Source: an uncultured Aliarcobacter sp. (GTDB lineage: Bacteria > Campylobacterota > Campylobacteria > Campylobacterales > Arcobacteraceae). Taken from it: a stretch of 64,000 bases of DNA. The translations under genes were made by a program, and so were the position numbers. Positions 1 to 10,463 of the stretch are shown piece after piece (position 1 is the stretch's first letter; the number at the start of each line of letters is the position of its first letter). The stretch covers positions 256,001-320,000 of the forward strand of contig CAXXLV010000001.1 in the NCBI GenBank assembly GCA_963664305.2, read 5' to 3'. The notes under the pieces are model-generated. The model was not told the origin of the DNA and searched no databases. It saw only the letters and a program-made list of their open reading frames with translations.

Positions 1-581
1 GTTTTTGCACCATCACCACTAAATACAGTCGTTGAATCAGATTTTGCCGTTAAACTATAATCAGTTGACTTTGCTGTAACTGTTTCTACATAAGTACTAT
101 GTCTAATTACTTTTGAACTTAGTAATTTTGTATAATCTGAAGTGAATACACTTGTATTTGGATTTGTACTAGTTACATCTTTTTGACTATCAATTGGACT
201 CATCATCCAACCTTGAACTTCATTACCACCAGCATCTTGAAGGGTTCCATTGTCACCCATTCTAAAGTTTCCTGCTCGTGTATAATAAGTCTCAGCTGTA
301 CCTATAGTATTTTTATTAATAACACTAAAAAATCCATCACCATCTAATGCCATATCATAATTTACACCAGTTAATTTAGTACCACCCTGAGTGTATAGCT
401 TTTCAGAATCAAGTATTAATGATCCTTTTCCTATTCTATCTTGATACATTTGATCCGCAAAAGAAATTCTTGAAGCTTTATATCCAATTGTATTTACGTT
501 TGCAATATTATTAGATTCATTATCTAATGCTTTTTGTTGTGAGGCTAATCCTGAGATCCCTGTCCAAAGTGCACCTATCAT
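1..581 (-). CDS. flgE: Flagellar hook protein FlgE-type, 5' part only (runs off the window start; not in the ORF track)
   Basis: Manual translation from ATG at 581 (AAGGA RBS upstream): MIGALWTGISGLASQQKALDNESNNIANVNTIGYK...DMALDGDGFF...YYTRAGNFRM, typical hook/basal-body N-terminus. Confidence 0.85.
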   Translation of the reverse strand, partial: MIGALWTGISGLASQQKALDNESNNIANVNTIGYKASRISFADQMYQDRIGKGSLILDSEKLYTQGGTKLTGVNYDMALDGDGFFSVINKNTIGTAETYYTRAGNFRMGDNGTLQDAGGNEVQGWMMSPIDSQKDVTSTNPNTSVFTSDYTKLLSSKVIRHSTYVETVTAKSTDYSLTAKSDSTTVFSGDGAK

Positions 582-664
582 GATATATCCTTTATATTAA
601 GGTTTAATGAACTTTATATATGTTCATATATTAATACTTTAATTAAAGTACTAATATAAAAACA

Positions 665-2134
665 CTATCTTATCATATCTATAGCAGTTTTTATAAACTC
701 ATCTGAAGTAGTAATAGATTTTGAATTTGCTTCAAATGCTTTTTGATAAATTAATAATGTACTTAAAGTATTTCCGAAATTAATATTAGCATTTTCTAAA
801 GAATTTGAAACTAGTGTATTCATTTTATCAGCATTATATGGTGTTCCTGATTCTTTAGTTTCTCTAAAATAATTTCCACCCTCTGCGTCTAATCCTTGCA
901 CATTTTTAAAGTTTGCTGTTGATATTTTTCCTACTAAAAAATCATTATCACCTTCAGAAACGTAAACAAATCCATCATTTGAAATTGAAACCTCACCTTT
1001 TGCATCAGGTACTAATCCTAAAGAATTTAATCTAAGATTTATTTCACTATTACCAATCACTGCATTATTACCATATGCCAAAATATTTGTTATTTCCAAA
1101 AATTTTCCATCAGCTTTTTCAATAGCATTTTTTAATGCATTTCTAGATGTCTCCACCATAGCTAAACCTGAACCTAAAGTTGGATTTTGTAATTTAGATA
1201 CAGGTGCATATTCACTATTTACATTTGCATCAATAAGTGTAAACTCTTTTCCTGCAACTAATCCTTCAATAGTCAATATTCCTGTGTTTGTATCTACACT
1301 TGATTTAAATCCCTGACTATTTGAAATTCTGTCTGATAAATTTTTTAATGTTGTTTCTATATTTGTATCAAAATTTTCTCTTATTACACTATTATTAATT
1401 TTCACAGATATATAATCATTTTCATTTGTTAATTGACTTAACAATGAAGAAAAATCAACTTGCGAAATCTGAGGTAAAGAAGGCACTGATACTGCATCAG
1501 GGTTAGATTGGAAAAGTTTTAATTTTTCTATATAATCACTTCGTAATAATTCAGCATCGTTTATTTTTGAACTTGCGGTTTTGTAATTATTACCTTTTTG
1601 TGCATCTAAATCATCTATTGCTGATGAATAAAAATCTGTTGATTTTGCATTTACATTATATACTGTAATATCATTACTAATATCTAAAGAAGTGATATTT
1701 CTTGAAAATTCATTTGAAAAACTACTATCTGCAGCATTTGTTGAAACAACTGTTCTATTTTGAGGTAATAGTCCTAATACCTTCAAATTATTTTGTGATT
1801 CTAAAATTCCATCTTCTGCTTGTTGAAAATTACCTGCTCTTGTATAAAATGTTTCACCTGTCATTCTATCAGTTAAAATAAAAAAACCGTCCCCCTCTAT
1901 TGCAACATCCAAATTCACATTTGTTTGTTTAACATATCCTTGAGTAAATTGTTTATCTATACTTTGAGTTCCAACACCTTTTCCATATCTTGATTTGTAC
2001 ATTAAATCTTCAAATGTTATATCATCAAGTTTATGTCCAACAGTATTTGAATTTGAAGCATTATTTGATTCAACAGAAATCGCTTTGTCGAAGGTAGATA
2101 TACCTGTCATTCCATTCCATAATGCTCCAATCAT
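665..2134 (-). CDS. flgE: Flagellar hook-basal body protein, FlgE-like paralog
   Basis: SNNASNSNTVGHK N-terminus, LDVAIEGDGFF, YTRAGNF, C-terminal LENANIN...QKAFEANSKSITTSDE; downstream of flgD. Confidence 0.8.
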   Translation of the reverse strand: MIGALWNGMTGISTFDKAISVESNNASNSNTVGHKLDDITFEDLMYKSRYGKGVGTQSIDKQFTQGYVKQTNVNLDVAIEGDGFFILTDRMTGETFYTRAGNFQQAEDGILESQNNLKVLGLLPQNRTVVSTNAADSSFSNEFSRNITSLDISNDITVYNVNAKSTDFYSSAIDDLDAQKGNNYKTASSKINDAELLRSDYIEKLKLFQSNPDAVSVPSLPQISQVDFSSLLSQLTNENDYISVKINNSVIRENFDTNIETTLKNLSDRISNSQGFKSSVDTNTGILTIEGLVAGKEFTLIDANVNSEYAPVSKLQNPTLGSGLAMVETSRNALKNAIEKADGKFLEITNILAYGNNAVIGNSEINLRLNSLGLVPDAKGEVSISNDGFVYVSEGDNDFLVGKISTANFKNVQGLDAEGGNYFRETKESGTPYNADKMNTLVSNSLENANINFGNTLSTLLIYQKAFEANSKSITTSDEFIKTAIDMIR

Positions 2135-2143
2135 TCTTTTTCC

Positions 2144-2824
2144 TTAAAAGATTTTTGTTATTGATGAAAATGGTAAGCTAGTTAGCTGATCAGAATAAAC
2201 TGCAGTTGATACTCCTGCTAATACATAATTATGATCAGTAATCGATTCATTATTTTCATCTAAAATTGTTAATTTACCATCACTTACTAATGGTGTACCT
2301 GGAGAAGTTAATACAATTTTTTTACCTGTTTTATTACCATTTTCATCTAATATTTCACCATTAACATTATAATTAACAGTTGTATTTTTTGTTGAATCAG
2401 TTGGATCTTGTAATATAACTTTATCTTCAAGATATAAAATTTGTTGTGCTTTTACTTGAATTTCCCCATCAACATTCTCTATTGATCTAACAGTATATGC
2501 CTTTGTTATACCATCTTCTCCAACATTACCATCTTCAACATTTTTTCCAATAATACCTGTTGCATTAGATAATGCAGTTTGTGAATAAGCTGTTTGCATT
2601 GCTTGCATCGCTTTAATCATTTCTTGATTTGTATTTATTGTAGACATTTGCATCTGAGTTGATAACATCTGTGCAGAATCCATAGGTTTTGTTGGATCTT
2701 GCAATTTTAACTCTTGAATCATTAATTTTAAGAAGTCATTACTTGTCAACTGATCATTACTAATTGCAGTTGTATATGAATTGCCATCAACTCCAACATT
2801 TGAACTTACTGAAACCTCTGCCAT
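2144..2824 (-). CDS. flgD: Flagellar hook capping protein FlgD
   Basis: DFLKLMIQELKLQDPTKPMD motif. Confidence 0.9.
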   Translation of the reverse strand: MAEVSVSSNVGVDGNSYTTAISNDQLTSNDFLKLMIQELKLQDPTKPMDSAQMLSTQMQMSTINTNQEMIKAMQAMQTAYSQTALSNATGIIGKNVEDGNVGEDGITKAYTVRSIENVDGEIQVKAQQILYLEDKVILQDPTDSTKNTTVNYNVNGEILDENGNKTGKKIVLTSPGTPLVSDGKLTILDENNESITDHNYVLAGVSTAVYSDQLTSLPFSSITKIF

Positions 2825-2833
2825 TTTATTCTC

Positions 2834-3121
2834 CTAAATCATATGTTCTTCAAAGAAGTACCTAACTACATTATCAGAATCCATTGAATCTTGAACTCTC
2901 ACAGCCAATTTATCATCAATTACAATGATATCACCTGTACCAATAATTCTTGAATTGACATATATCTCTCCACCTGAACCAGCTGGCTTATGTAAAGAAA
3001 TAATATCTCCATCTCCCAATCTAAGAAACTCGGAAATACTAATATTTGTATTACCTAGCATTACATCAACAACTATTTCGGTATCTACTAATAAATCGTA
3101 TTCTCTTTCACTAATTTCCAT
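2834..3121 (-). CDS. fliN: Flagellar motor switch protein FliN (SpoA domain)
   Basis: SpoA/FliN pattern VDVMLG...LGDGDIISL...IYVNSRIIGTGDIIVID. Confidence 0.85.
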   Translation of the reverse strand: MEISEREYDLLVDTEIVVDVMLGNTNISISEFLRLGDGDIISLHKPAGSGGEIYVNSRIIGTGDIIVIDDKLAVRVQDSMDSDNVVRYFFEEHMI

Positions 3122-3198
3122 ATTAAATACTTTGTCAAATTATTTTACTAAATTATATCATAAGTTTAAGAATTTATAGCCTATAAGATTATTTATAG

Positions 3199-3858
3199 CT
3201 ATATTACTAAATCTAATGATTCTAACATAGAAGCAACTTTTGCTTCTATATTTCCATCAAAATTACCTAAATCACTAGCTATTACAACTCCACCAGCTAC
3301 AACATTTGGATCTTGATGAAGTTCAATAAAAGCTTCCAAATTTAGTTGAGATTTCAAAATTGCATAATCTTTAGGATTTAAATGTATCTGTACTTTTGAT
3401 GCTGTTTTTATTTTTTCAAGAACATGAGAAATCGTTTGTTTTGCAATTTTTGCAGAATTTTCTCCAACTTCAATATTAATAATCTTTTGAGCAATTGCAA
3501 TTGAAGTTTTTAATAATTTAGTTTCCATTTGAAAAGTTGCTTGTTCAAAAAATGCTGCATAATGTTTCAAATCTTTTATTGCTTGAACAACTTGTGCATC
3601 TACATCTTTTCCTTTTATTCCATCATTTTCAATATTAGTCACTTTTTGAGAAATTTCATTTAATTTTTGACTTAAATTTCTTACTTCTATCAATAAAGGA
3701 TCAACTTTTCCATTAATTTCTCTATCATCTAAAATTGCATTTGAATTAGATACAGTATTTGTTTCAACTGGACTATTTATAAAACTACCTAATTCATATT
3801 TTTGAACTTCGTCATTTTTGCTTATAATTTTAGCACTTGAATATACATTATCTGCCAT
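3199..3858 (-). CDS. fliH: Flagellar assembly protein FliH
   Basis: IHLNPKD and GGVVIASDLGNFD motifs; follows fliG. Confidence 0.85.
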   Translation of the reverse strand: MADNVYSSAKIISKNDEVQKYELGSFINSPVETNTVSNSNAILDDREINGKVDPLLIEVRNLSQKLNEISQKVTNIENDGIKGKDVDAQVVQAIKDLKHYAAFFEQATFQMETKLLKTSIAIAQKIINIEVGENSAKIAKQTISHVLEKIKTASKVQIHLNPKDYAILKSQLNLEAFIELHQDPNVVAGGVVIASDLGNFDGNIEAKVASMLESLDLVI

Positions 3859-4865
3859 TAGTTATTCTCTCTATCAATTAATCCATCTTCTATAAGCTTT
3901 TGAGCAACATCAAGCATTTTTCTTTGTGCAGCTTCTATATCTTTAATTTTAACTTTTGTAGTCATTTCAAACTCTTCTTTAAATCTATCTCTAGCTCTTT
4001 GTGACATTGAATTTGTTACTTTTTCCATAGCATCTTCAGTTGCATTTTTCATCGCAATTACAACATCATTTGTTTCAACATTTTGCAAAATTTTCATAAT
4101 ATGTTCTGTTTCTAAATTTAATAAATCTTCAAATACAAACATATTTTCTTTTATTTTTGTTGCTAATGAAGTATCAATACCATTGATATTTTTTAAAATA
4201 TCTTGTGCTTTTGGACCTAATTTATTTAACATATCTGCAACAACTTTTACTCCACCAACATCAACAATAGATGATAGTAAAGATTCTAGTTTTTTCTCTA
4301 AAACTACAGAAATAGTTCTTACAACATCAGGAGAAACATCTTTGATTGTTGCAATCTGAATTGTAACTTTAACTCTTATCTCTTCATCTAATTGCATTAA
4401 AACCTCTGCAGATTTTGCAGGATCCATATGAGATAAAATAACAGCAATTGTATGTGGTGATTCATCTTTAATGAAATCACTTAACTGTTTTGGATTAATT
4501 CCATCAAGATACGAAAATGCTTGCGAAGCAAGTTTCATTTTTGAAAGTTTTGCTAAAACTTCATCAGCTTCTGCTTTTCCTAATGATTTATATAAAATAT
4601 CTCTTGCAAAATCATATCCACCAGAACTAATAAAACCTTTTGTTCTTACATATAAATGGAACTCTTCAAGTATTGCTAAAGATACTTCTTTATTAATCGA
4701 TGATATTTGAGTAATTGCAGTAGAAATATTTTCTACCATATCTTTTTCTAAATGCTGAAAAATTTTAACTGTAGAATCTTCACCTATTAAAACGAAAAAT
4801 CTAGCTACTTTTTCTAGCATTGACATTCCTTTTAGAATGTCATGTTCATTTCTACTTTCTGCCAT
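3858..4865 (-). CDS. fliG: Flagellar motor switch protein FliG
   Basis: ESPHTIAVILSHM, GGVKVVADMLN, MFVFEDL motifs. Confidence 0.95.
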   Translation of the reverse strand: MAESRNEHDILKGMSMLEKVARFFVLIGEDSTVKIFQHLEKDMVENISTAITQISSINKEVSLAILEEFHLYVRTKGFISSGGYDFARDILYKSLGKAEADEVLAKLSKMKLASQAFSYLDGINPKQLSDFIKDESPHTIAVILSHMDPAKSAEVLMQLDEEIRVKVTIQIATIKDVSPDVVRTISVVLEKKLESLLSSIVDVGGVKVVADMLNKLGPKAQDILKNINGIDTSLATKIKENMFVFEDLLNLETEHIMKILQNVETNDVVIAMKNATEDAMEKVTNSMSQRARDRFKEEFEMTTKVKIKDIEAAQRKMLDVAQKLIEDGLIDRENN

Positions 4866-4876
4866 TTATTAGCCTT

Positions 4877-6595
4877 TTATTTGAAATTACTATTTCCTTC
4901 ATTTAATAATAATTCTATCATTCTAGCAATTTCTGCTGGATTATTATTTATGTCTTTGTCTAATTCTTCTATAAATACTTCATATTTTGCAGCAGATTCT
5001 TCATCAAGTCCTTCAATATTATTTAATATTTGACTTTTAACTTTTGATTTTAATCTACCTTGTGCTGTACTTGCATCAAATTCATTTTCATAATCTGTTA
5101 ACATGTCACTAACTAGATTTTCATCATTACCATCAACTTTTTGTTTAGTTCCATCACCTAATATAACAATTTCATTTGAAGCAATGAATTTTTTATAAAA
5201 CACAAAAAGTAATATAGCAGCAATTATATATTGAATATATTCACTAAAATCTTTTAAAAGAGATCTTACCATTGTTACAGTATCAACAGAATCTTCTGTA
5301 ACAACTACAGCATTTCCATTTGCATCAACAGTTTGAGTAATTTGATCTAAAGGTTTAACACCAATAAATTTAAAATCTTTAACTGTAACTTTATCTCCTC
5401 TTGCTTTATCATAACCAATTGTATCTTGAACAATTGACTCTAATGAAGTTATAAATTCATCTTTATTAGGAACATCTTTTAAAACTGAAGAATCAAAAGT
5501 TACAGCAGCGGTTATTCTTTTAATATTCATATAATTATTATCTTTTTGACTAATTACTTTCTTAGATATTTCATAATTTGTAACAGTATTTGTACCTTCA
5601 CTATTTGAAGCAATGTTTGAATTTCCTGTAGCTGTTGATGGAGTTTGAATATTATTATCAACACCGGCAACTCCACCGTTAGTAGAAGGCATACCTTGTG
5701 AATTTGAAGTATTTTCAATAACCTGTTGAGAACGAATACTTCCTTCTGGATTATAAATTTCCTCTTCAATATCTTTTTTAATAAAATCTAAAGACATTGT
5801 AACTTTTGCAACAACTCTACCCACTCCAACAAATGGTTCTAAAAGAGCTACAATTTTTTTAGAGTATTCATCTTCTAAATCAGTTTTATATTTATTTTGT
5901 GTAGTTGATTTTTGGTTATTAATATCATCAGCTGACATTTCTAATAAACTTCCATCTTGATCAATAAGTTGGATATTTTCTTCTTTTAGATTAGGAACTG
6001 CAGAAGCTATAAAATTCTTTATCCCGTCAATTTGTTTTTGAGTTAAAAAAACACCTGGCTTCAAAGATAACATTGCAGAAGCTGTTGTATCAGATTTTTT
6101 TTCAGTAAAAATTGTATCTTTTGGAATTGCAACTTTTACACTTGCTCTTAAAACACCACTTAAAGATTCTAAAGAACGAGATAATTCACCTTCTAAAGCT
6201 CTTAAATATTTAACGTTATTTTCAAAATTTGTAGTACCTAAAGAAGATTTCTCAAAAATCTCCCATCCTACATGTTTACTAGTTGCAGCTTCACTTGTTA
6301 CTAACTTTATTTTAGCAATATTAATAAACTCTTTTGATGTTTTTAATGTAAGATTATTTCCTGAACCAACAACAGAAAATTGAATCCCAGAAGCTTCAAG
6401 CTCATCACTAGCAAGCATTACTTGTGATTTAGTTAAATTTGAAGCAATTGTGTAATTTAGTTTCTTATCTTCTGCTTTGATACTTGAATAAATTAATAAA
6501 CCAACTAATAGTATAAATAGTAAAGAAAATCCCCCTATTATTACTGCTCTTTGAGCTGTGTTTAAATTATTTATAAACTTTAAAAGTTGATCCAT
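4877..6595 (-). CDS. fliF: Flagellar MS-ring protein FliF
   Basis: GWEIFEKSSLGTTNFE...RALEGELSRS; two TM segments; upstream of fliG. Confidence 0.95.
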   Translation of the reverse strand: MDQLLKFINNLNTAQRAVIIGGFSLLFILLVGLLIYSSIKAEDKKLNYTIASNLTKSQVMLASDELEASGIQFSVVGSGNNLTLKTSKEFINIAKIKLVTSEAATSKHVGWEIFEKSSLGTTNFENNVKYLRALEGELSRSLESLSGVLRASVKVAIPKDTIFTEKKSDTTASAMLSLKPGVFLTQKQIDGIKNFIASAVPNLKEENIQLIDQDGSLLEMSADDINNQKSTTQNKYKTDLEDEYSKKIVALLEPFVGVGRVVAKVTMSLDFIKKDIEEEIYNPEGSIRSQQVIENTSNSQGMPSTNGGVAGVDNNIQTPSTATGNSNIASNSEGTNTVTNYEISKKVISQKDNNYMNIKRITAAVTFDSSVLKDVPNKDEFITSLESIVQDTIGYDKARGDKVTVKDFKFIGVKPLDQITQTVDANGNAVVVTEDSVDTVTMVRSLLKDFSEYIQYIIAAILLFVFYKKFIASNEIVILGDGTKQKVDGNDENLVSDMLTDYENEFDASTAQGRLKSKVKSQILNNIEGLDEESAAKYEVFIEELDKDINNNPAEIARMIELLLNEGNSNFK

Positions 6596-6611
6596 AAAAT
6601 GATTATCCTAA

Positions 6612-7019
6612 TTAATTTTTTGCAGAAGATTCAATTACTGATCTAAATAATCTAGAATCTTTTTTTATAGACGATTGTATTGCATCGAAAATAATTTTAT
6701 TTTTTGATTGTTCACTCATTTGACTATCTAAATTTACATTATTACCATCATTTTGTTCTTCTAAACCTTGAACTTGAACTAATCTTGGATTTGAAATATT
6801 TGATAAAGAATTTATATTAGAAAGATGTTTTGAATCTGTTTGTTTTAATTGTAAAGTATTATTTAGAGCTGAATTTTTAAGTTCATCTTCAAAAACTAAA
6901 TCTTGTGTTTTGTAATTCGGTGTGTTTATGTTTGCAATATTGCTTGATATAACTTTTTGTCTTTCACCTCTAAAATTTAATTGTTGAAAAAGTGTACTAG
7001 TTACGCTACTTGCTTCCAT
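6612..7019 (-). CDS. flgB: Flagellar basal-body rod protein FlgB
   Basis: RQKVISSNIANINTPNYK and DGNNVNLD motifs. Confidence 0.95.
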   Translation of the reverse strand: MEASSVTSTLFQQLNFRGERQKVISSNIANINTPNYKTQDLVFEDELKNSALNNTLQLKQTDSKHLSNINSLSNISNPRLVQVQGLEEQNDGNNVNLDSQMSEQSKNKIIFDAIQSSIKKDSRLFRSVIESSAKN

Positions 7020-7738
7020 TATTTAGTATTACTCCCAATTTTCTCAATTAATCCTGCATTAAGTTCATCTATTGATTTAACTGCTCTTTGTGATTGATCA
7101 AATCTTCTATGAGCATCGATTAATTCAACCATTGCAGTAACTGAATTTACATTAGATTTTTCAACAGCACCTTGAACAATCATATTATCATTATTTCCAA
7201 ATATTTCCATTTCATTCTGATTTTTTACAGAATAAGTATTATCACCTATCTTTTCAAGATTTGTATAAGGAATTTTAACTACTCCAATTTGTGATTCAAA
7301 ACCATTTTCAACAACTATTGGTTCATTATCTGAATTTAATACATTATTACCATTTGAATCAACTAAAAAATTATCTAAATTTTTAAATGCCCCATCTCTT
7401 GTGTATACAATATCTCCATTTTGATTTTGTATTTTAAAAAATGTATCAGGAGCATTCATTGCAAAATCTAAATTATTTCCAGTCATTACAACTGGACCAC
7501 TTTCAGGATTAATATATTTTGAATCAATTTTTGGAATATTATTTGTAACGATATTATTAATAGTAGGTGCTTTATTTTCAGACTGCATTCTTTCTAAATA
7601 ATAATTAAAAGTAGTTTCGGTTGTTCCCTCTTGTTTAAATCCAAAAGTATTAACATTTGCTAAATTATTACTAATTTGATCCAATCGATTAATTTGATTA
7701 ACCATTGATGCGGCAAGAGGATAAACACCTTGATTCAT
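7019..7738 (-). CDS. flgF: Flagellar basal-body rod protein, FlgF/FlgG-like
   Basis: SNNLANVNTFGFK, YTRDGAF, EKSNVNSVTAMVELI; a separate canonical flgG lies at 9266. Confidence 0.75.
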   Translation of the reverse strand: MNQGVYPLAASMVNQINRLDQISNNLANVNTFGFKQEGTTETTFNYYLERMQSENKAPTINNIVTNNIPKIDSKYINPESGPVVMTGNNLDFAMNAPDTFFKIQNQNGDIVYTRDGAFKNLDNFLVDSNGNNVLNSDNEPIVVENGFESQIGVVKIPYTNLEKIGDNTYSVKNQNEMEIFGNNDNMIVQGAVEKSNVNSVTAMVELIDAHRRFDQSQRAVKSIDELNAGLIEKIGSNTK

Positions 7739-7755
7739 TACTACTCCTTTAAAAT

Positions 7756-8715
7756 CTATTTATTATTTGAAAATTCAGCTATTAATTTATCTAAATCATC
7801 ACCAATTAAATCATCAGTATTATCACCATGTATATGTTTTGCAACAGCGATATCTTTAGAATTCCCATCATCTTCAAATAAATTATTTAAATATAATGAA
7901 AGTTTTCTTATAACAGCCATTACTCTTTCTATTTTTTGTCTATTAATGTCATTAAATTGCATTAATTCCATTGCTTGGAAAATTTGGTTATCTTCATCAT
8001 TTAAAAGATTTTTTACACTTTTTAAAGATTCATTTGTTGTTTTTGCATTATTTAGATGTTCATCAAAAACTTTTATATTTGGAAATTTATTAGATAACGA
8101 ATTTAATAAATTCATTTGAGAATTAACAAAACTCTCATAATCTTTAAAAACTTTTCTAATTTCATTATTGTTATCCAATGTAAAACTTAAAACATCAAAT
8201 ATTTGAGAAACTTTTTCCTCTGAATCATTTGCAACTTGTGTTAACTGATTAACAACTTTTGTATCTTTTTCTGCAGGTAAAGGAAATACACCTTCGTTTA
8301 TTTTACTTGAAGTCCAATCTTTCACAATATCATCTTCACTTCGTTCTAGCCGTTTTTCTGGATAATCGTTTTTTACTTCTTCAACTTTTATTTCTGGTAT
8401 ATCTAAAGTAACTTCTTCCTCAACTGGTTCAGATGAAGATTCAATATCTTTGAGTAAATCCTCAATTTCGCTGTTTTTAATAAATGCATCATTTTCAGAA
8501 TTGCTCTTAATATCATTTACAGAGACAACAGTATCATCTATATCTTCAGATTTATCATCTATCTCTTCTTTTATATCTTCAGTTTGAGACAATAATTCTT
8601 CTATTTCTTTTGTATTTACTTTTGCAGGTTGAGAGACTTCTTCAGGTTCATTTTCATCATCAACGATATCCAAACCATTCATCAAAGCTTCAATCTCTTC
8701 TTGACTCATACTCAT
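7756..8715 (-). CDS. cheZ: Chemotaxis phosphatase CheZ (Campylobacterota type)
   Basis: MSQEEIEALM N-terminus, MQFNDINRQKIERV (catalytic D/Q), C-terminal DDLDKLIAEF; adjacent to cheY. Confidence 0.75.
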   Translation of the reverse strand: MSMSQEEIEALMNGLDIVDDENEPEEVSQPAKVNTKEIEELLSQTEDIKEEIDDKSEDIDDTVVSVNDIKSNSENDAFIKNSEIEDLLKDIESSSEPVEEEVTLDIPEIKVEEVKNDYPEKRLERSEDDIVKDWTSSKINEGVFPLPAEKDTKVVNQLTQVANDSEEKVSQIFDVLSFTLDNNNEIRKVFKDYESFVNSQMNLLNSLSNKFPNIKVFDEHLNNAKTTNESLKSVKNLLNDEDNQIFQAMELMQFNDINRQKIERVMAVIRKLSLYLNNLFEDDGNSKDIAVAKHIHGDNTDDLIGDDLDKLIAEFSNNK

Positions 8716-8729
8716 GATAAGACCTTATG

Positions 8730-9101
8730 TTATTTTTTTAATACCCCATCAAGTTTTTCTTTCAAAACTTCTGCATTAAATGGTTTAACTATATAATTAT
8801 TAACTCCTGCTTTTAATGCAGTAATTACTTCACCTTTTCCACCTTCTGTTGTAATCATAATGATTGGAGTTTTTTGATGAGTCCCCTCAGATCTAACTTT
8901 TTTAACAAGTTCTAAGCCATTCATATTTGGCATATTCCAATCTGTCAAGATAACATCATAATGAGCTTCACAAAGAAGTTTCCAAGCTTTAACCCCATCT
9001 TCAGCTTCATCAAAATTTTCTTTCGAAAAGCCTAATTGCATAACAACATTTCCAATAATTCTTCTCATTGTTGAGCTATCATCAACTATTAGAATTTTCA
9101 T
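8730..9101 (-). CDS. cheY: Chemotaxis response regulator CheY
   Basis: Single receiver domain VDDSSTMRRI...TDWNMPNMNG...YIVKPF. Confidence 0.95.
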   Translation of the reverse strand: MKILIVDDSSTMRRIIGNVVMQLGFSKENFDEAEDGVKAWKLLCEAHYDVILTDWNMPNMNGLELVKKVRSEGTHQKTPIIMITTEGGKGEVITALKAGVNNYIVKPFNAEVLKEKLDGVLKK

Positions 9102-9265
9102 TAACTATCCCTTGTAATTTAATTAAATATTTTCAGTAAATATGCATTATATATTATTTGTTTTAAATTTACACTTAATATTTATAAAAAATAATTTAAG
9201 TGATTTATCAAATTTTAATTATTCTTAAAATATAATTAAGAATATGTAAAAATAAAGGATTTTCT

Positions 9266-10054
9266 ATGATTAGAGGACTTTACACTGCTGCAACTGGAAT
9301 GAATTCTATGCAACATCAAATTGATGTTACTTCAAATAATATCGCAAACGTTAATACAACTGCTTTTAAACAAGATAGAGCGGAATTTCAAGATTTAATG
9401 TATGAAACATTAAATTATACAGCTGGAAGAACAACTCAAACAACATTAAATCCTACAGGTATAGATGTTGGATTAGGGGTAAGAATATCAAATATCCAAA
9501 AAAATTTCACTGAAGGTGATTTAAAAACAACATCTAATACTTTTGACTTAGCAATTGAAGGAAAAGGATTTTTCCAAATTACACTACCAAGTGGTGAAAC
9601 AGCTTATACTAGAAATGGTAATTTCAAGTTGAATGCTGATGGTTCTATTGTGAATGGGAATGGATATCTATTATCTCCTGAAATTACTGTCCCTGATAAT
9701 GTAACTGACGTAACTATAGGTAAAGATGGAACTGTAACTGCAACAGATGCACAAACAGGTGATACTGTTGATTTAGGACAAATTACTCTTGCAGATTTTA
9801 TTAATCCAGCAGGATTAATTCCTCTTGGAGAATCTTTGTATATGCAAAGTGATGCTTCTGGTGATGTACTAGAAGGTAATCCTACAACTGACCAATTTGG
9901 AAGTGTACAACAAGGTATGATTGAGCTTTCAAATGTAAAATTAGTTAATGAAATGGTTGATTTAATTACAGCACAACGTGCTTATGAAGCGAACTCTAAA
10001 GCAATTACTACAGCTGATAGTATGCTTGATACGGTGAATAGATTAAAAAATTAA
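9266..10054 (+). CDS. flgG: Flagellar distal rod protein FlgG
   Basis: SNNIANVNTTAFK..RAEFQDLMY, ELSNVKLVNEMVDLITAQRAYEANSK. Confidence 0.95.
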   Translation: MIRGLYTAATGMNSMQHQIDVTSNNIANVNTTAFKQDRAEFQDLMYETLNYTAGRTTQTTLNPTGIDVGLGVRISNIQKNFTEGDLKTTSNTFDLAIEGKGFFQITLPSGETAYTRNGNFKLNADGSIVNGNGYLLSPEITVPDNVTDVTIGKDGTVTATDAQTGDTVDLGQITLADFINPAGLIPLGESLYMQSDASGDVLEGNPTTDQFGSVQQGMIELSNVKLVNEMVDLITAQRAYEANSKAITTADSMLDTVNRLKN

Positions 10055-10077
10055 TTTAACTAGTTGATTTTATAAAA

Positions 10078-10461
10078 ATGAATTTAGACGAATTAAAACA
10101 AATTAGAAAAAGAAATTTTTTAGCTCATAAAAAGAAAAAAAAAGAGTATTACTTAAAAAGTAAAATTGCAAAAAAAGAAATTGATTATGAAGCTGAACTT
10201 AGTAGTGAAAATTTTTTTTCCAAAATAAAAACTATTGCCCATGAACAAAAAGTTTATATGGATAATAGAAAAGATGCGATAATATCGAAAATAAATGATT
10301 ATAAAAATACTAAAAAAGAGTATTATGAACAAAATAAAGAAAAAAGATTAGAATATAATAAAGAGTATAGGGAAAAAAAGAAAGAAGAACTTAAAGCATA
10401 TAGAAAAGAGTATTATAAAAAATTAAAAGAAAAACAACTTAATAATTGTGAAGAAGAGTAA
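10078..10461 (+). CDS. Hypothetical highly basic, Lys/Glu/Tyr-rich protein
   Basis: ORF tightly packed between flgG and the next gene; repeated KEYY/KEYR units. Confidence 0.6.
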   Translation: MNLDELKQIRKRNFLAHKKKKKEYYLKSKIAKKEIDYEAELSSENFFSKIKTIAHEQKVYMDNRKDAIISKINDYKNTKKEYYEQNKEKRLEYNKEYREKKKEELKAYRKEYYKKLKEKQLNNCEEE

Positions 10462-10463
10462 AT

